From Lachnospiraceae bacterium (GTDB taxonomy: Bacteria > Bacillota > Clostridia > Lachnospirales > Lachnospiraceae): a DNA stretch of 64,000 nucleotides. Positions 1-8,871 of the stretch are shown here, one piece after another (positions within the stretch are counted from its first letter, which is position 1; the number at the start of each line of letters is the position of its first letter). A model generated the notes under the pieces. It did no database searches and had not been told where the DNA came from. It saw only the letters and a list, made by a program, of their open reading frames with translations. The position numbers and the translations under genes were made by a program. The stretch covers positions 21,088 through 85,087 of the forward strand of contig JAFTXD010000156.1 in assembly GCA_017461775.1 (NCBI GenBank). The letters are read 5' to 3'.

Positions 1-88
1 ACGGTTTATTAATCAGTTATAGAAATGTGGAAAACTGTGTGATACTATGGTGTTGCACAGTTTTTTCGTTGTTAAAGAAGAATATCTC

Positions 89-170
89 AGAATCTGCATA
101 TAAAATTTAAAATTATATGCAGATTCTTGTTGATTATCTGCATATAAATGGATAAAATATATGCAGATAA
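89..170 (+). promoter_or_regulatory. sigma-A promoter of fic overlapped by two inverted-repeat operators
   Basis: TTGATT(130-135)-17 bp-TAAAAT(153-158); ATCTGCATATA half-sites at 92 and 136, reverse complement TATATGCAGAT at 114 and 158. Confidence 0.7.
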
Positions 171-183
171 AGGAGGAGAATAT

Positions 184-1242
184 ATGCATATATTTGATTA
201 TTCTTTTTTAGATAATGGTTTACTTCCGACAGGAATTGTAAATCTTACTTCTACAATTAGTGCATTAAGAGCATTGGCAAATGAGCGAAGGGACAAAAAT
301 CAAGCTGTATATACTCAACTGGAGTCAATCGCCCGAGTGCAATCTGTTAAGAGCTCCAACGCAATTGAGGGGATTGTAACAACCGATGCCAGAATTAATG
401 AGATAGTAAATGGCAACAGCGCACCACTCAATCATAACGAAATGGAAATTGCCGGATATAGGGATGTGCTGGATGAAATACATCGTGCTCATGATTCTAT
501 GAAAGTCAATGAAGATACTATTCTGCACATGCACAGGGTGATGCTGGATATCGCGAATTATCCATACGGTGGACAGTACAAAGTGGAAGATAATTTAATT
601 ATGGAAATTGATTCATCCGGAAGAAGAAAGGTTCGTTTTAAGCCGGCCTCCGCTGCAGAAACAAAGGATGCAATGGAGCAATTGGTGTTGGCATATATGG
701 ACGCCCGAGCCAATGTGAATATAAATCAATTATTATTGATACCATGTGTAATTTTAGATTTTTTATGTATTCATCCCTTTAGTGATGGGAATGGTAGAGT
801 CTCACGCTTGCTATCATTATTGTTGCTATATAAGAATGATTATGATATATGCAAATATGTATCCTTTGAGGAACAAATCAATCATACGAAGGACTCTTAT
901 TATTATGCGTTATATGAATCTTCACAAGGCTGGCATGAGAACCAAAATTCATATGTGCCTTTTATGGAAAATTTTCTGATGACTCTATATAAATGTTATA
1001 AGGAATTGGATCAGCGTTTTTCTACAATTAATGGGAAACGTCTTAAGAAAAGTGAGCGAATTGAACAAACGGTATTAAATAGTATATTGCCCATTTCTAA
1101 ATCGGAAGTATGCGAGTTCCTTCCGGATGTTAGCGCTACTACAGTGGAAGCGGTGTTAGGGAAAATGGTGAAAGAAGGGACTGTGAAAAAATTGGGCCAA
1201 GCTCGAAATACAAAATATGTGAATGCGAAATACGTGAAGTAA
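184..1242 (+). CDS. Fic family protein with C-terminal winged-helix-like region
   Basis: Canonical Fic motif HPFSDGNGRVSR; SSNAIEG inhibitory-type helix; AGGAGG RBS before ATG 184. Confidence 0.9.
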   Translation: MHIFDYSFLDNGLLPTGIVNLTSTISALRALANERRDKNQAVYTQLESIARVQSVKSSNAIEGIVTTDARINEIVNGNSAPLNHNEMEIAGYRDVLDEIHRAHDSMKVNEDTILHMHRVMLDIANYPYGGQYKVEDNLIMEIDSSGRRKVRFKPASAAETKDAMEQLVLAYMDARANVNINQLLLIPCVILDFLCIHPFSDGNGRVSRLLSLLLLYKNDYDICKYVSFEEQINHTKDSYYYALYESSQGWHENQNSYVPFMENFLMTLYKCYKELDQRFSTINGKRLKKSERIEQTVLNSILPISKSEVCEFLPDVSATTVEAVLGKMVKEGTVKKLGQARNTKYVNAKYVK

Positions 1243-1255
1243 GGAGGAGGCATCT

Positions 1256-1996
1256 GTGAATACACCGGAAATGATTCTCTTTGATTATGGACGAACGTTA
1301 TTATATCAGCCGGGATTTAATACGACCAATGGAAATAAGGCAATCTACCCCTATATCAGTGAGAATCCACGCAATATTTCCTTTGAGGAGTATGATAAAA
1401 CCATCACGGATTTGTTTGCGAAAATAAAGGCGGAAAGAGGCCCGGCTTTAGAGATTCATGAGCATAATTTTTTGAAGATGGCATGGGATTACATGGGTAT
1501 CTCCATGTCTGTACCCTTGGAAGAGGCTGAAAAAATAATAATGAATGGTATTTCAAAGGGTGGTGTGATGCCTCACGCAGGAGAAATGCTGGACTATCTG
1601 AATGCAAAAGGAATACGCATGGGAGTCATCAGTAATATCTGTTTTTCCGGGAATGTCCTAAAGGATTTATTTGACAGACTTCTGCCGGGGAATCGTTTTG
1701 AATTTGTTCTGGTATCCAGTGATTACCTGTTTAAAAAGCCGGATAGCCTTATGTTTGAGGTCGCACTGCAAAAGGCCGGATTGTCGGCGGATAAGGTCTG
1801 GTACTGTGGAGACAGTATTGAGGCGGATATGTACGGTGCGAAGAGTGTGGGTATGTTCCCTGTTTTGTATGAGGGTACCACACCTGACCACGAGGACCCA
1901 TTTGCCGGTCAGAATGATGGTAAGGAAGTGGATTTTGAGCATCTGCATATTCATGATTGGCGGGAGCTGATTGCTGTATTAGAGGGGATGAAGTAA
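1256..1996 (+). CDS. HAD-superfamily hydrolase
   Basis: FDYGRTL motif I, ISN, KP and GDSIEAD motifs; RBS AGGAGG before GTG. Confidence 0.85.
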   Translation: MNTPEMILFDYGRTLLYQPGFNTTNGNKAIYPYISENPRNISFEEYDKTITDLFAKIKAERGPALEIHEHNFLKMAWDYMGISMSVPLEEAEKIIMNGISKGGVMPHAGEMLDYLNAKGIRMGVISNICFSGNVLKDLFDRLLPGNRFEFVLVSSDYLFKKPDSLMFEVALQKAGLSADKVWYCGDSIEADMYGAKSVGMFPVLYEGTTPDHEDPFAGQNDGKEVDFEHLHIHDWRELIAVLEGMK

Positions 1997-1998
1997 AA

Positions 1999-2304
1999 AT
2001 GCAAAAAAGAAAAGTAGTGACATTATGTGGTTCCCTGCGCTTTTGGGACAAAATCCAGGAGATGTCAGAGCGGCTGGAATTAGAAAAGGGATATGCGGTG
2101 TTGGGTATCGTGCCACACGTTCTGGATAGAGAGTTGACAGACTCAGAAAAGGATTTGCTGGGAGAGTTGCACAGGGCGAAAATCGATTTGTCTGATGCCA
2201 TCTATGTGGTAAATGTGGGTGGATACATCGGAGAGAGTGTGAAAAGCGAGATTGCGTATGCAAAGGAGATGGGGAAGGAAGTATTTTATTTGGAGGATGT
2301 ATAG
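1999..2304 (+). CDS. Small hypothetical protein (nucleoside deoxyribosyltransferase-like fold possible)
   Basis: VTLCGS...HRAKIDLSDAIYVVNVGGYIGESVKSEIAYA pattern; start placed at MQKRK. Confidence 0.65.
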   Translation: MQKRKVVTLCGSLRFWDKIQEMSERLELEKGYAVLGIVPHVLDRELTDSEKDLLGELHRAKIDLSDAIYVVNVGGYIGESVKSEIAYAKEMGKEVFYLEDV

Positions 2305-2305
2305 C

Positions 2306-2383
2306 GATGAGAATCGTCCTTCGAATGCGGAGTTGGAGGAAATGAAGGATAGGTTGAGGAAGGCGTTGGAGAAGGTGAAATGA
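2306..2383 (+). pseudogene. 3' remnant of a lost gene (DENRPSNAELEEMKDRLRKALEKVK*)
   Basis: Open, protein-like frame with no start or RBS, ending in TGA 4 nt before the next ATG. Confidence 0.4.
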
Positions 2384-2387
2384 TATT

Positions 2388-2885
2388 ATGGAATTGAGAA
2401 TGGCACAAGAAAAGGACTATACGCAGATAGCAGAGATGAAATGGTTACATTGCGAAGAAGATGATGCCGATTATAATACAACAAACTTGGTTGGGGTAGA
2501 TAAGAATAAATTCCTTGAAGAATTTATAGAATTCCTAAATGAACATAAAGAATATAAAGTTTTCGTTGCTAGTGATAACGATGTGGTTATTTCTTCAATG
2601 TTTGTATATATAATACCTAAAACACCCAAGCCTAACAGAAAACAAAAATATATTTCATATTTAACGAATGTATATACGTTAAAGGAATATCGTAACAATA
2701 AAATAGGAACGGAATTATTAACATATATAAAAGAATATGTGGCAAAAGAAGATTGTGAATTGATGTTTGTATGGCCGAGTGAAAATTCTGTGAATTGGTA
2801 TGCAAGGAATGATTTTAAGCTAGAGAATGAAATTTTAGAATGTTCTTTGGAAAACCAAGAGATAACTACTGGAGAGATAAAATGA
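2388..2885 (+). CDS. GNAT family N-acetyltransferase
   Basis: YLTNVYTLKEYRNNKIGTELL acetyl-CoA motif A; visibly AT-rich. Confidence 0.85.
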   Translation: MELRMAQEKDYTQIAEMKWLHCEEDDADYNTTNLVGVDKNKFLEEFIEFLNEHKEYKVFVASDNDVVISSMFVYIIPKTPKPNRKQKYISYLTNVYTLKEYRNNKIGTELLTYIKEYVAKEDCELMFVWPSENSVNWYARNDFKLENEILECSLENQEITTGEIK

Positions 2886-2995
2886 TTCAATTAAAAAGAC
2901 TTTACGGGAGAGCAGCGTCCATATGTGAATCCAAACATATTTAGCTTGGCAGAAGCATTTGTGCATTCCGATGCAAACAGAGAGGAAGGAAAAAT
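2882..2995 (+). pseudogene. Frameshifted/deleted N-terminal remnant of a GNAT (spermidine acetyltransferase-like) gene
   Basis: RBS GGAGA and ATG at 2882 (MIQLKR), then in another frame EQRPYVNPNIFSLAEAFV, resembling the EQxxFVAxNxxSLAEAY N-terminus of BltD-like GNATs. Confidence 0.45.
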
Positions 2996-3451
2996 ATGAG
3001 AAAATTTAAAGGTTTATTATTAATATTACTCTGCCTGTTTTTGGCGGGCTGCAACAATGAATTTGCCAAGCAGGAGTATGATTCAGCAGAGAAGATTGCT
3101 CAGGAGGGTGACCGTTATGCAAAGGAAATGTCGGTGTTTAATCCTATTGAGGGGGGATATTCGTTGACTGTCTCTAAGTTTGATGGGCGCGAGACCCTTT
3201 GGACCAAGAACTTGAAGGAAGCGCAGGATGTGGAGATTGATTTTCTGTTTTCTCTTTCGGCTGGACAGGCCAAGTTGGTACATGTTGATGCCGATGGAAA
3301 CGTGACTACTGTGTTGGAATGTTCACCGGAAACATCTGCGGAGGAGCTTGTGACTAAGACCGTTTCTTTAAAGAGCGGGAAAAACCGGTTGAAAATTGTA
3401 GGATATGATTGTGAAGAAGTGGAGCTACAGATGCTGTTTGAAGAGCCATGA
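2996..3451 (+). CDS. Lipoprotein of unknown function
   Basis: Signal peptide with LAGC lipobox. Confidence 0.8.
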   Translation: MRKFKGLLLILLCLFLAGCNNEFAKQEYDSAEKIAQEGDRYAKEMSVFNPIEGGYSLTVSKFDGRETLWTKNLKEAQDVEIDFLFSLSAGQAKLVHVDADGNVTTVLECSPETSAEELVTKTVSLKSGKNRLKIVGYDCEEVELQMLFEEP

Positions 3452-3506
3452 TGAGGATGCGTCGGTACAGTTGATTATTAAGACCATTTGAAAAACGGAG
3501 TAACCT

Positions 3507-4322
3507 ATGATAAAAATATTAGCAACCATAGATGAGTACATGGACTTTGTCCACGAAATAAATAGTGACCCAAATTTCAGTGAGCCCATGCTCAGTAGTG
3601 AAACACAAATGCAGCGCAACTTAACAAATGCCTCCAAAGCTCCCGCAAATAAAGTGTTTGGTGTATTTGACAATGGTGAGATGATTGGCTTGTTTGTGTT
3701 TCTGATATTGGATGACGAATCCTATATGGAGATGTTGGTGGGATTGTCCAGGGCGGAAGAGGCATATGATGAAATTCTGCATTATCTAAAGGAAAACTAT
3801 AAGGGGTATGAAGTGGATTTTGTTTATAATCCGCATAATTATCTTCTCCATAATAGTCTTTCTGCTATGAAGGCTTCCTTTGAAAAGGAGCAACAAAAAC
3901 TGATTTTGGTGAATGATGTGGAATATAAACATGATAAAGAAATCATTTTGTACAACTCACAATATAAAGAACCGTACATAGTCATGCATAGTAAAGATGT
4001 GTACTGGACAGCGGAAAAGGTGCTGGATGCGCTGGATAAATTTCGGGTAATTCTTGCTGTTGAGGATGGTGAGGTGGTTGGTTATATTGACATCACTTAT
4101 ACAAGTGAGGAAAATGAACCATATGACATCTTTGTAAAAGAAGAGTATCGTGGTAAAGGGTATGAAAAAGCAATGCTGGCGAAGGCCATCGAACTGAATA
4201 AGCCAAGGGGTATGATGCTTTTAATGGACGCGGATGAGACTCTTTTGATGGAAGAATACGAATCGTTAGGATTTGTGAAGTCAGAGAGGGAGAACAGTGT
4301 TACGGCACATGTTTTGTTGTAG
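3507..4322 (+). CDS. GNAT family protein (tandem GNAT fold)
   Basis: C-terminal IFVKEEYRGKGYEKAML motif. Confidence 0.8.
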   Translation: MIKILATIDEYMDFVHEINSDPNFSEPMLSSETQMQRNLTNASKAPANKVFGVFDNGEMIGLFVFLILDDESYMEMLVGLSRAEEAYDEILHYLKENYKGYEVDFVYNPHNYLLHNSLSAMKASFEKEQQKLILVNDVEYKHDKEIILYNSQYKEPYIVMHSKDVYWTAEKVLDALDKFRVILAVEDGEVVGYIDITYTSEENEPYDIFVKEEYRGKGYEKAMLAKAIELNKPRGMMLLMDADETLLMEEYESLGFVKSERENSVTAHVLL

Positions 4323-4333
4323 AGGAAGAGTAT

Positions 4334-4717
4334 ATGAAGAAATTCAGCGGTCAAATCAACATTTTACATTTCATTGAAGGGGCAAAACATGCGGAGTATA
4401 TTATGGCCCGGCAGCCTGAGACGGTGTCTTTGGTGTGCATGGGAAATGGTGGCGTACGCCCGGCTGCGGAAGATGAGCTTTGTGCGGAATATATCAAGAG
4501 CATCTTGGAGGGAGCGGAGCTGCCGGATTTGGAACAAAGAGTCGCTGACCTTAAGAATAATGGGGGACAACATTTCTTCGATGTTGCACGGCAGGAAATT
4601 TTTCCGCGGGAAGACTTTTGGATGTGTATAAGATGTAATCAGTTCCCCTTCATTATTCAAATTGATAAAGATGAAATGGGGTACGTAGCGCGGAAAGTTG
4701 ATATGAGTTATGAATGA
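4334..4717 (+). pseudogene. Internally deleted 2-phosphosulfolactate phosphatase (ComB-like)
   Basis: N-terminal INILHFIEGAK is joined directly to the C-terminal VSLVCMG...EDELCA segment; the DVxRA and TxNGT-type catalytic segment of ~230-aa ComB proteins is missing. Confidence 0.6.
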
Positions 4718-4731
4718 AGGAGTGCCGTATT

Positions 4732-5505
4732 ATGAATGAATTAGAAAAGATATACACAGAAGAAGATTTATTCCCCAGGGAGGTGACTTCGTGGGAAGAG
4801 CGGGGCTATGGTATTCTGTTTTTTAATGAGGAAAATAGGGATTCCTACGACTCGAATCATGCTATCATCTTTAAGGAAAAAGTGTCCGATGTAGCGCAGG
4901 TACTGAAGGATATAGTAAGCTTTTATTCAGAAAAAGGGATTCATTCCAGTATCTATCAGTCCATCCGGGATGAGGGGTATTTTGAGGAAATCAAGAGCGA
5001 GCTCTTTGCTTGTGGTTTTGAAAGTTGGACGGAATCACAGAAATATATGGTTTTGACCGCAGAAAATACCATTGTACCTAGTCCGAAAGTGGATGTTCAG
5101 AGGGTATCTGAATGGGATGAGGCATACGCAGTGGAGATATTTGAGAAGGCAGAAGAACCATGGGAAATTGATGTGGCAAGAAGAGTATTGGGGAATAGCA
5201 ATACCTTATTCTTTGTTGCCTTTTATCAGGGAAATCCTGTGGGAATGACATACGGTCATATTAGGGATGGTATATGCAGAGTGGACTATCTACTGGTTTC
5301 CAAAGAATGTAGGAACATGGGCGTAGGCAGAGCACTCATACATAGTTTTGTAGAATATTGTCATACCAATCAAATACAGAATTGTTATTTGTGGCCGGAT
5401 GGAGAAACGGCGGAGAGAATCTACTATGAGGCGGGATTTCGCCATGTGGAGACCCGGCTGGCGGGACGGGCGTCATATATTGGAAATAGAAGGAGTAACA
5501 CATGA
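4732..5505 (+). CDS. GNAT family N-acetyltransferase
   Basis: LLVSKECRNMGVGRAL and YYEAGF motifs; AAGGAG RBS at 4717. Confidence 0.8.
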   Translation: MNELEKIYTEEDLFPREVTSWEERGYGILFFNEENRDSYDSNHAIIFKEKVSDVAQVLKDIVSFYSEKGIHSSIYQSIRDEGYFEEIKSELFACGFESWTESQKYMVLTAENTIVPSPKVDVQRVSEWDEAYAVEIFEKAEEPWEIDVARRVLGNSNTLFFVAFYQGNPVGMTYGHIRDGICRVDYLLVSKECRNMGVGRALIHSFVEYCHTNQIQNCYLWPDGETAERIYYEAGFRHVETRLAGRASYIGNRRSNT

Positions 5506-6344
5506 TTTTAGCAGTAGTAAGTGATATTCATGCAAATTTGAAAGCCTTTGAGGCCTTTTTGCAATATGTGAAGGAACATCCGGTGGATGGTATCATCGGG
5601 CTGGGGGACTATATTACGGATAGTCCTTATCCGGAGAAGACTATGGATATGCTGTATCAGATGATGGAGGATTATCCTTGTTATATCCTTCGGGGAAATC
5701 GGGAGGAGTATATGCTTTCCAACCGGGAGAAGGACCAAGGGTGGAAACCATATACTTCTGACGGAGCGTTACTTTACACCTATGAGAAGCTTCGAGAGAA
5801 GGATTTTGCTTTTTTTGAAAGTTTGACCAATACGATGGAGCTTAATCTTCCGGGAGTGCCACCTTTGACGATTGTGCATGGGGCACCGGGAGAGAGCCGG
5901 GGGAATTTTCATTTGAATCCGGAGCGTAGGGACCCGGTGCTGGCGGAGATTGCTACGGATTATTTGATTGGCGGGCACAGCCATCATCAGGAGATTTATC
6001 GTAGTGGTAAAAAGATGTATGTGAATGTGGGCGCTCTGGGCATGCCCATCGATCATAAGGGACGCCATGCGGAGTTTGCCTATCTGTATGGGGATGAAAC
6101 TGGCTGGAGAGCAGAGCTAAAGTCCATTACCTACGACGTGGAGGCGCAGATAAAGGCATTTGAGGAAAGTGGTCTGGATGAGATTTCCTTAGTCCTTAGT
6201 AAGGGAGTTAAGAAATCGCTTCTGACAGGATATAATTATTTTATTGATGCGGTGAATATGGCCTTTGAAATCAGCGGTGGCAGTCCTATTGCGGAATTGG
6301 ATCGCAGCGTTTGGGAAGAAATCGAAAGGAAGCTGGAGTTGTAA
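5502..6344 (+). CDS. Metallophosphoesterase (calcineurin-like, YfcE-type)
   Basis: SDIHAN, LGDY, GNRE, VHG and GHSH motifs. Confidence 0.9.
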   Translation: MILAVVSDIHANLKAFEAFLQYVKEHPVDGIIGLGDYITDSPYPEKTMDMLYQMMEDYPCYILRGNREEYMLSNREKDQGWKPYTSDGALLYTYEKLREKDFAFFESLTNTMELNLPGVPPLTIVHGAPGESRGNFHLNPERRDPVLAEIATDYLIGGHSHHQEIYRSGKKMYVNVGALGMPIDHKGRHAEFAYLYGDETGWRAELKSITYDVEAQIKAFEESGLDEISLVLSKGVKKSLLTGYNYFIDAVNMAFEISGGSPIAELDRSVWEEIERKLEL

Positions 6345-8063
6345 ATGAAATTCTTACTGGCAGCGTTAAATACAAAGTACATACATTCCAATCCGGCTAT
6401 CTATAGCCTGCGAGCATATGTATCCGAGGAAAAGCGGGAGCATGTGGAGCTGGCGGAGTATACTATTAATAATTCGGTGAGTGAGATATTGGCTGACATT
6501 TATGTCAGAAAACCGGATGTGATTGGATTTTCCTGCTATATTTGGAATATTACCATGATTTTGGAGCTGGTAAGGGAACTACCAAAGCTGTTGCCGAACA
6601 CGCCCATCTGGCTTGGGGGACCGGAGGTGACCTATCGGGGGGCGGAGTTTTTCCCGGAGTATCCGGGCATCGCCGGTATCATGGTTGGCGAAGGGGAGGT
6701 TACCTTTTCGGAGCTGCTGGATTATTATTTACTGGGTGAGAAGGAACTGGGGGAGATTGCGGGCTTAAGTCTGCCCGGGGGCTTTACGTCGCCCAGAGAA
6801 CTGACGGATATCAGCAGTCTGCCTTTTTTATATCAGGATTTGCAGACTTTTGAGAATAAAATTATATACTATGAATCCAGCAGGGGATGTCCCTTCCGGT
6901 GCAGCTATTGTCTATCCTCTATCGACAAGAAGGTGCGTCTCAGAAATATTGAGACAGTAAAAAGAGAACTACAGTTTTTCTTAGATAATAAGGTGAGGCA
7001 GGTAAAGTTCGTAGACCGGACATTTAATTGTAATCATGACCATGCTATAGCTATATGGAAGTATATATTAGAACATGACAATGGTGTCACAAACTTCCAT
7101 TTCGAGGTTTCTGCGGACATTTTGAATGAAGAGGAGCTTTCCCTTCTTTCAAAAATGCGTCCCGGTTTGGCGCAACTGGAAATCGGTGTGCAGTCCACCC
7201 ATCCGGAGACCATAAAAGCTATCAATCGTAGTATGAATGTGGAAAAGCTGGAGCAGATTGTGGCAAGGATTAATGCGGGGAAGAATGTGCATCAGCACTT
7301 GGATTTGATTGCCGGACTACCCTACGAAGATTATGACACATTTGTCAAGTCTTTTAACCGGGTATACAGCATGGAACCGGAGCAGTTGCAGTTGGGATTT
7401 CTAAAGCTGTTACGTGGCAGTGAGATGTGGGACAGAGCTAAGGAGTTTGGCATCTGCTGCATGGATAAGCCGCCTTACGAGGTGCTGTATACTAAGTGGC
7501 TTTCCTATGAGGATGTACTTCGCCTTAAGAAGGTGGAAGAGATGGTGGAGATGTACTATAACAGCAATCAGTTTGTGCACACCATCCGTTTTTTAGAGAG
7601 GGCATTTGAACATCCCTTTGCCCTGTATGAGGCACTGGCGGAGTTTTATGAGAAGAAAGGGTATTTTCTGCAAAGTCCTGCCAGAGGGTATCGGTACCAT
7701 GTGCTGTTACATTTTGCCATGGAGCAGGATGGGGCAAATGAGGTAATATATAAGGAGCTTTTAACTTACGATATGTATCTGCGGGAGAATCTGAAGAGCC
7801 GCCCGGATTTCGCCGGGGATATGGGACTTTATAAGGAACGGAGCCGTGGTTTTTATGAGAAGGAGGCACAGGAGCGGAAGCTTTTGCCGGACTATGAGGG
7901 CTATGATTCCAAGCAGCTCAGTAAGATGACCCATCTGGAGGCATTTCACTATGCCGTATGGGAGGAGGTGCCCACCTATGATACAGAACCTAAGCTGGTT
8001 TTATTTGATTATAAACACCGCAATCCGCTGAACGGGGACGCCCGGACGGTGGTTGTAGGATAG
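6345..8063 (+). CDS. B12-binding domain radical SAM protein
   Basis: GFSCYIWN and GGPE B12-binding region; RGCPFRCSYC CxxxCxxC motif. Confidence 0.9.
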   Translation: MKFLLAALNTKYIHSNPAIYSLRAYVSEEKREHVELAEYTINNSVSEILADIYVRKPDVIGFSCYIWNITMILELVRELPKLLPNTPIWLGGPEVTYRGAEFFPEYPGIAGIMVGEGEVTFSELLDYYLLGEKELGEIAGLSLPGGFTSPRELTDISSLPFLYQDLQTFENKIIYYESSRGCPFRCSYCLSSIDKKVRLRNIETVKRELQFFLDNKVRQVKFVDRTFNCNHDHAIAIWKYILEHDNGVTNFHFEVSADILNEEELSLLSKMRPGLAQLEIGVQSTHPETIKAINRSMNVEKLEQIVARINAGKNVHQHLDLIAGLPYEDYDTFVKSFNRVYSMEPEQLQLGFLKLLRGSEMWDRAKEFGICCMDKPPYEVLYTKWLSYEDVLRLKKVEEMVEMYYNSNQFVHTIRFLERAFEHPFALYEALAEFYEKKGYFLQSPARGYRYHVLLHFAMEQDGANEVIYKELLTYDMYLRENLKSRPDFAGDMGLYKERSRGFYEKEAQERKLLPDYEGYDSKQLSKMTHLEAFHYAVWEEVPTYDTEPKLVLFDYKHRNPLNGDARTVVVG

Positions 8064-8074
8064 TGTTTTGCATG

Positions 8075-8110
8075 CTGCACATGGCGGAAAGCTGTGTGCA
8101 GTTTTTATTT
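8075..8110 (+). terminator. Rho-independent terminator
   Basis: CTGCACATGGC-GGAAA-GCTGTGTGCAG followed by T-tract. Confidence 0.7.
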
Positions 8111-8236
8111 TGGCATTGGCTAGAACGATAATTTTGTAATAATATATACTTATGCAAGCACTTCTTGCTTGTAGTCATCGGGCGTTCGCCCTTTTTTCTC
8201 AAAATTTCAAAACAAAATAGGGAAGGTAATATATGG

Positions 8237-8271
8237 AATGTATTGCAAAATGTATTACAAAAAGTTATACT
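8237..8271 (+). promoter_or_regulatory. Promoter/operator of BrnT/BrnA-like pair
   Basis: TTGCAA(8243)-17 bp-TATACT(8266); direct repeat AATGTATTRCAAAA with 12-bp period. Confidence 0.65.
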
Positions 8272-8287
8272 TAAGGAGGAAAGAGTA

Positions 8288-8563
8288 TTGGGATTTGAGT
8301 GGGATGAAGAAAAAGCAACAATTAATTTTCGGAAGCATGGAATTGCTTTCAAAACGGCAACAAGAGTCTTTCAAGATGAGAATAGACTTGTAATTTATGA
8401 TGATGAACATAGCAGGGATGAGGACAGGTATATTACAATTGGGAAGGTTAAAAATATGTTATTTGTGATTTATGTAGAGAGAGCTGAAAATATTCGTATC
8501 ATTTCTGCAAGATTAGCCACAAAAAAAGAGAAGGAGATGTATTATGGCAACAGTATATTATGA
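8288..8563 (+). CDS. BrnT family (DUF497) ribonuclease toxin
   Basis: FEWDEEKATINFRKHGIAF...EDRYITIG...RIISARLA; TTG start after AAGGAGG. Confidence 0.88.
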   Translation: MGFEWDEEKATINFRKHGIAFKTATRVFQDENRLVIYDDEHSRDEDRYITIGKVKNMLFVIYVERAENIRIISARLATKKEKEMYYGNSIL

Positions 8564-8858
8564 ATTAGATGGAAAGAGCAAGCTAACCAGAGAAGAAATA
8601 AAGCAAATTCGTGCCGCTGCCAAGCGCCCCATCGTTTTCGACGAGGATTGTCCGGAACTTACAGAGGAGCAATTAGCAGAACTTGGCAGACTTGCCCGGG
8701 AGAGAAACAAGGCAAGGCAAAAGCAGGTACTTACCTTGCGTGTATCCGCAGCTACCATGAAAAAAGCAAAAGCTCTGGGAAAAGGATATACAGGCATCTT
8801 AAGCCGCCTTCTGGAAATGGCGCTGGATGACCCTGAGATGATTCAGAAATGTTTATAG
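8544..8858 (+). CDS. BrnA family antitoxin
   Basis: Overlaps toxin gene; DEDCPELT and KQVLTLRV...GKGYTG RHH-type C-terminus. Confidence 0.82.
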   Translation: MATVYYELDGKSKLTREEIKQIRAAAKRPIVFDEDCPELTEEQLAELGRLARERNKARQKQVLTLRVSAATMKKAKALGKGYTGILSRLLEMALDDPEMIQKCL

Positions 8859-8871
8859 AGAGGAACGAAAC

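Noticed and set aside
8165-8287. Long N-terminal extensions from the ORF track (also 148, 47377, 54156, 55588, 59285, 59337)
   Set aside because: They run through promoters or terminators; downstream starts have clear RBSs and match family N-termini
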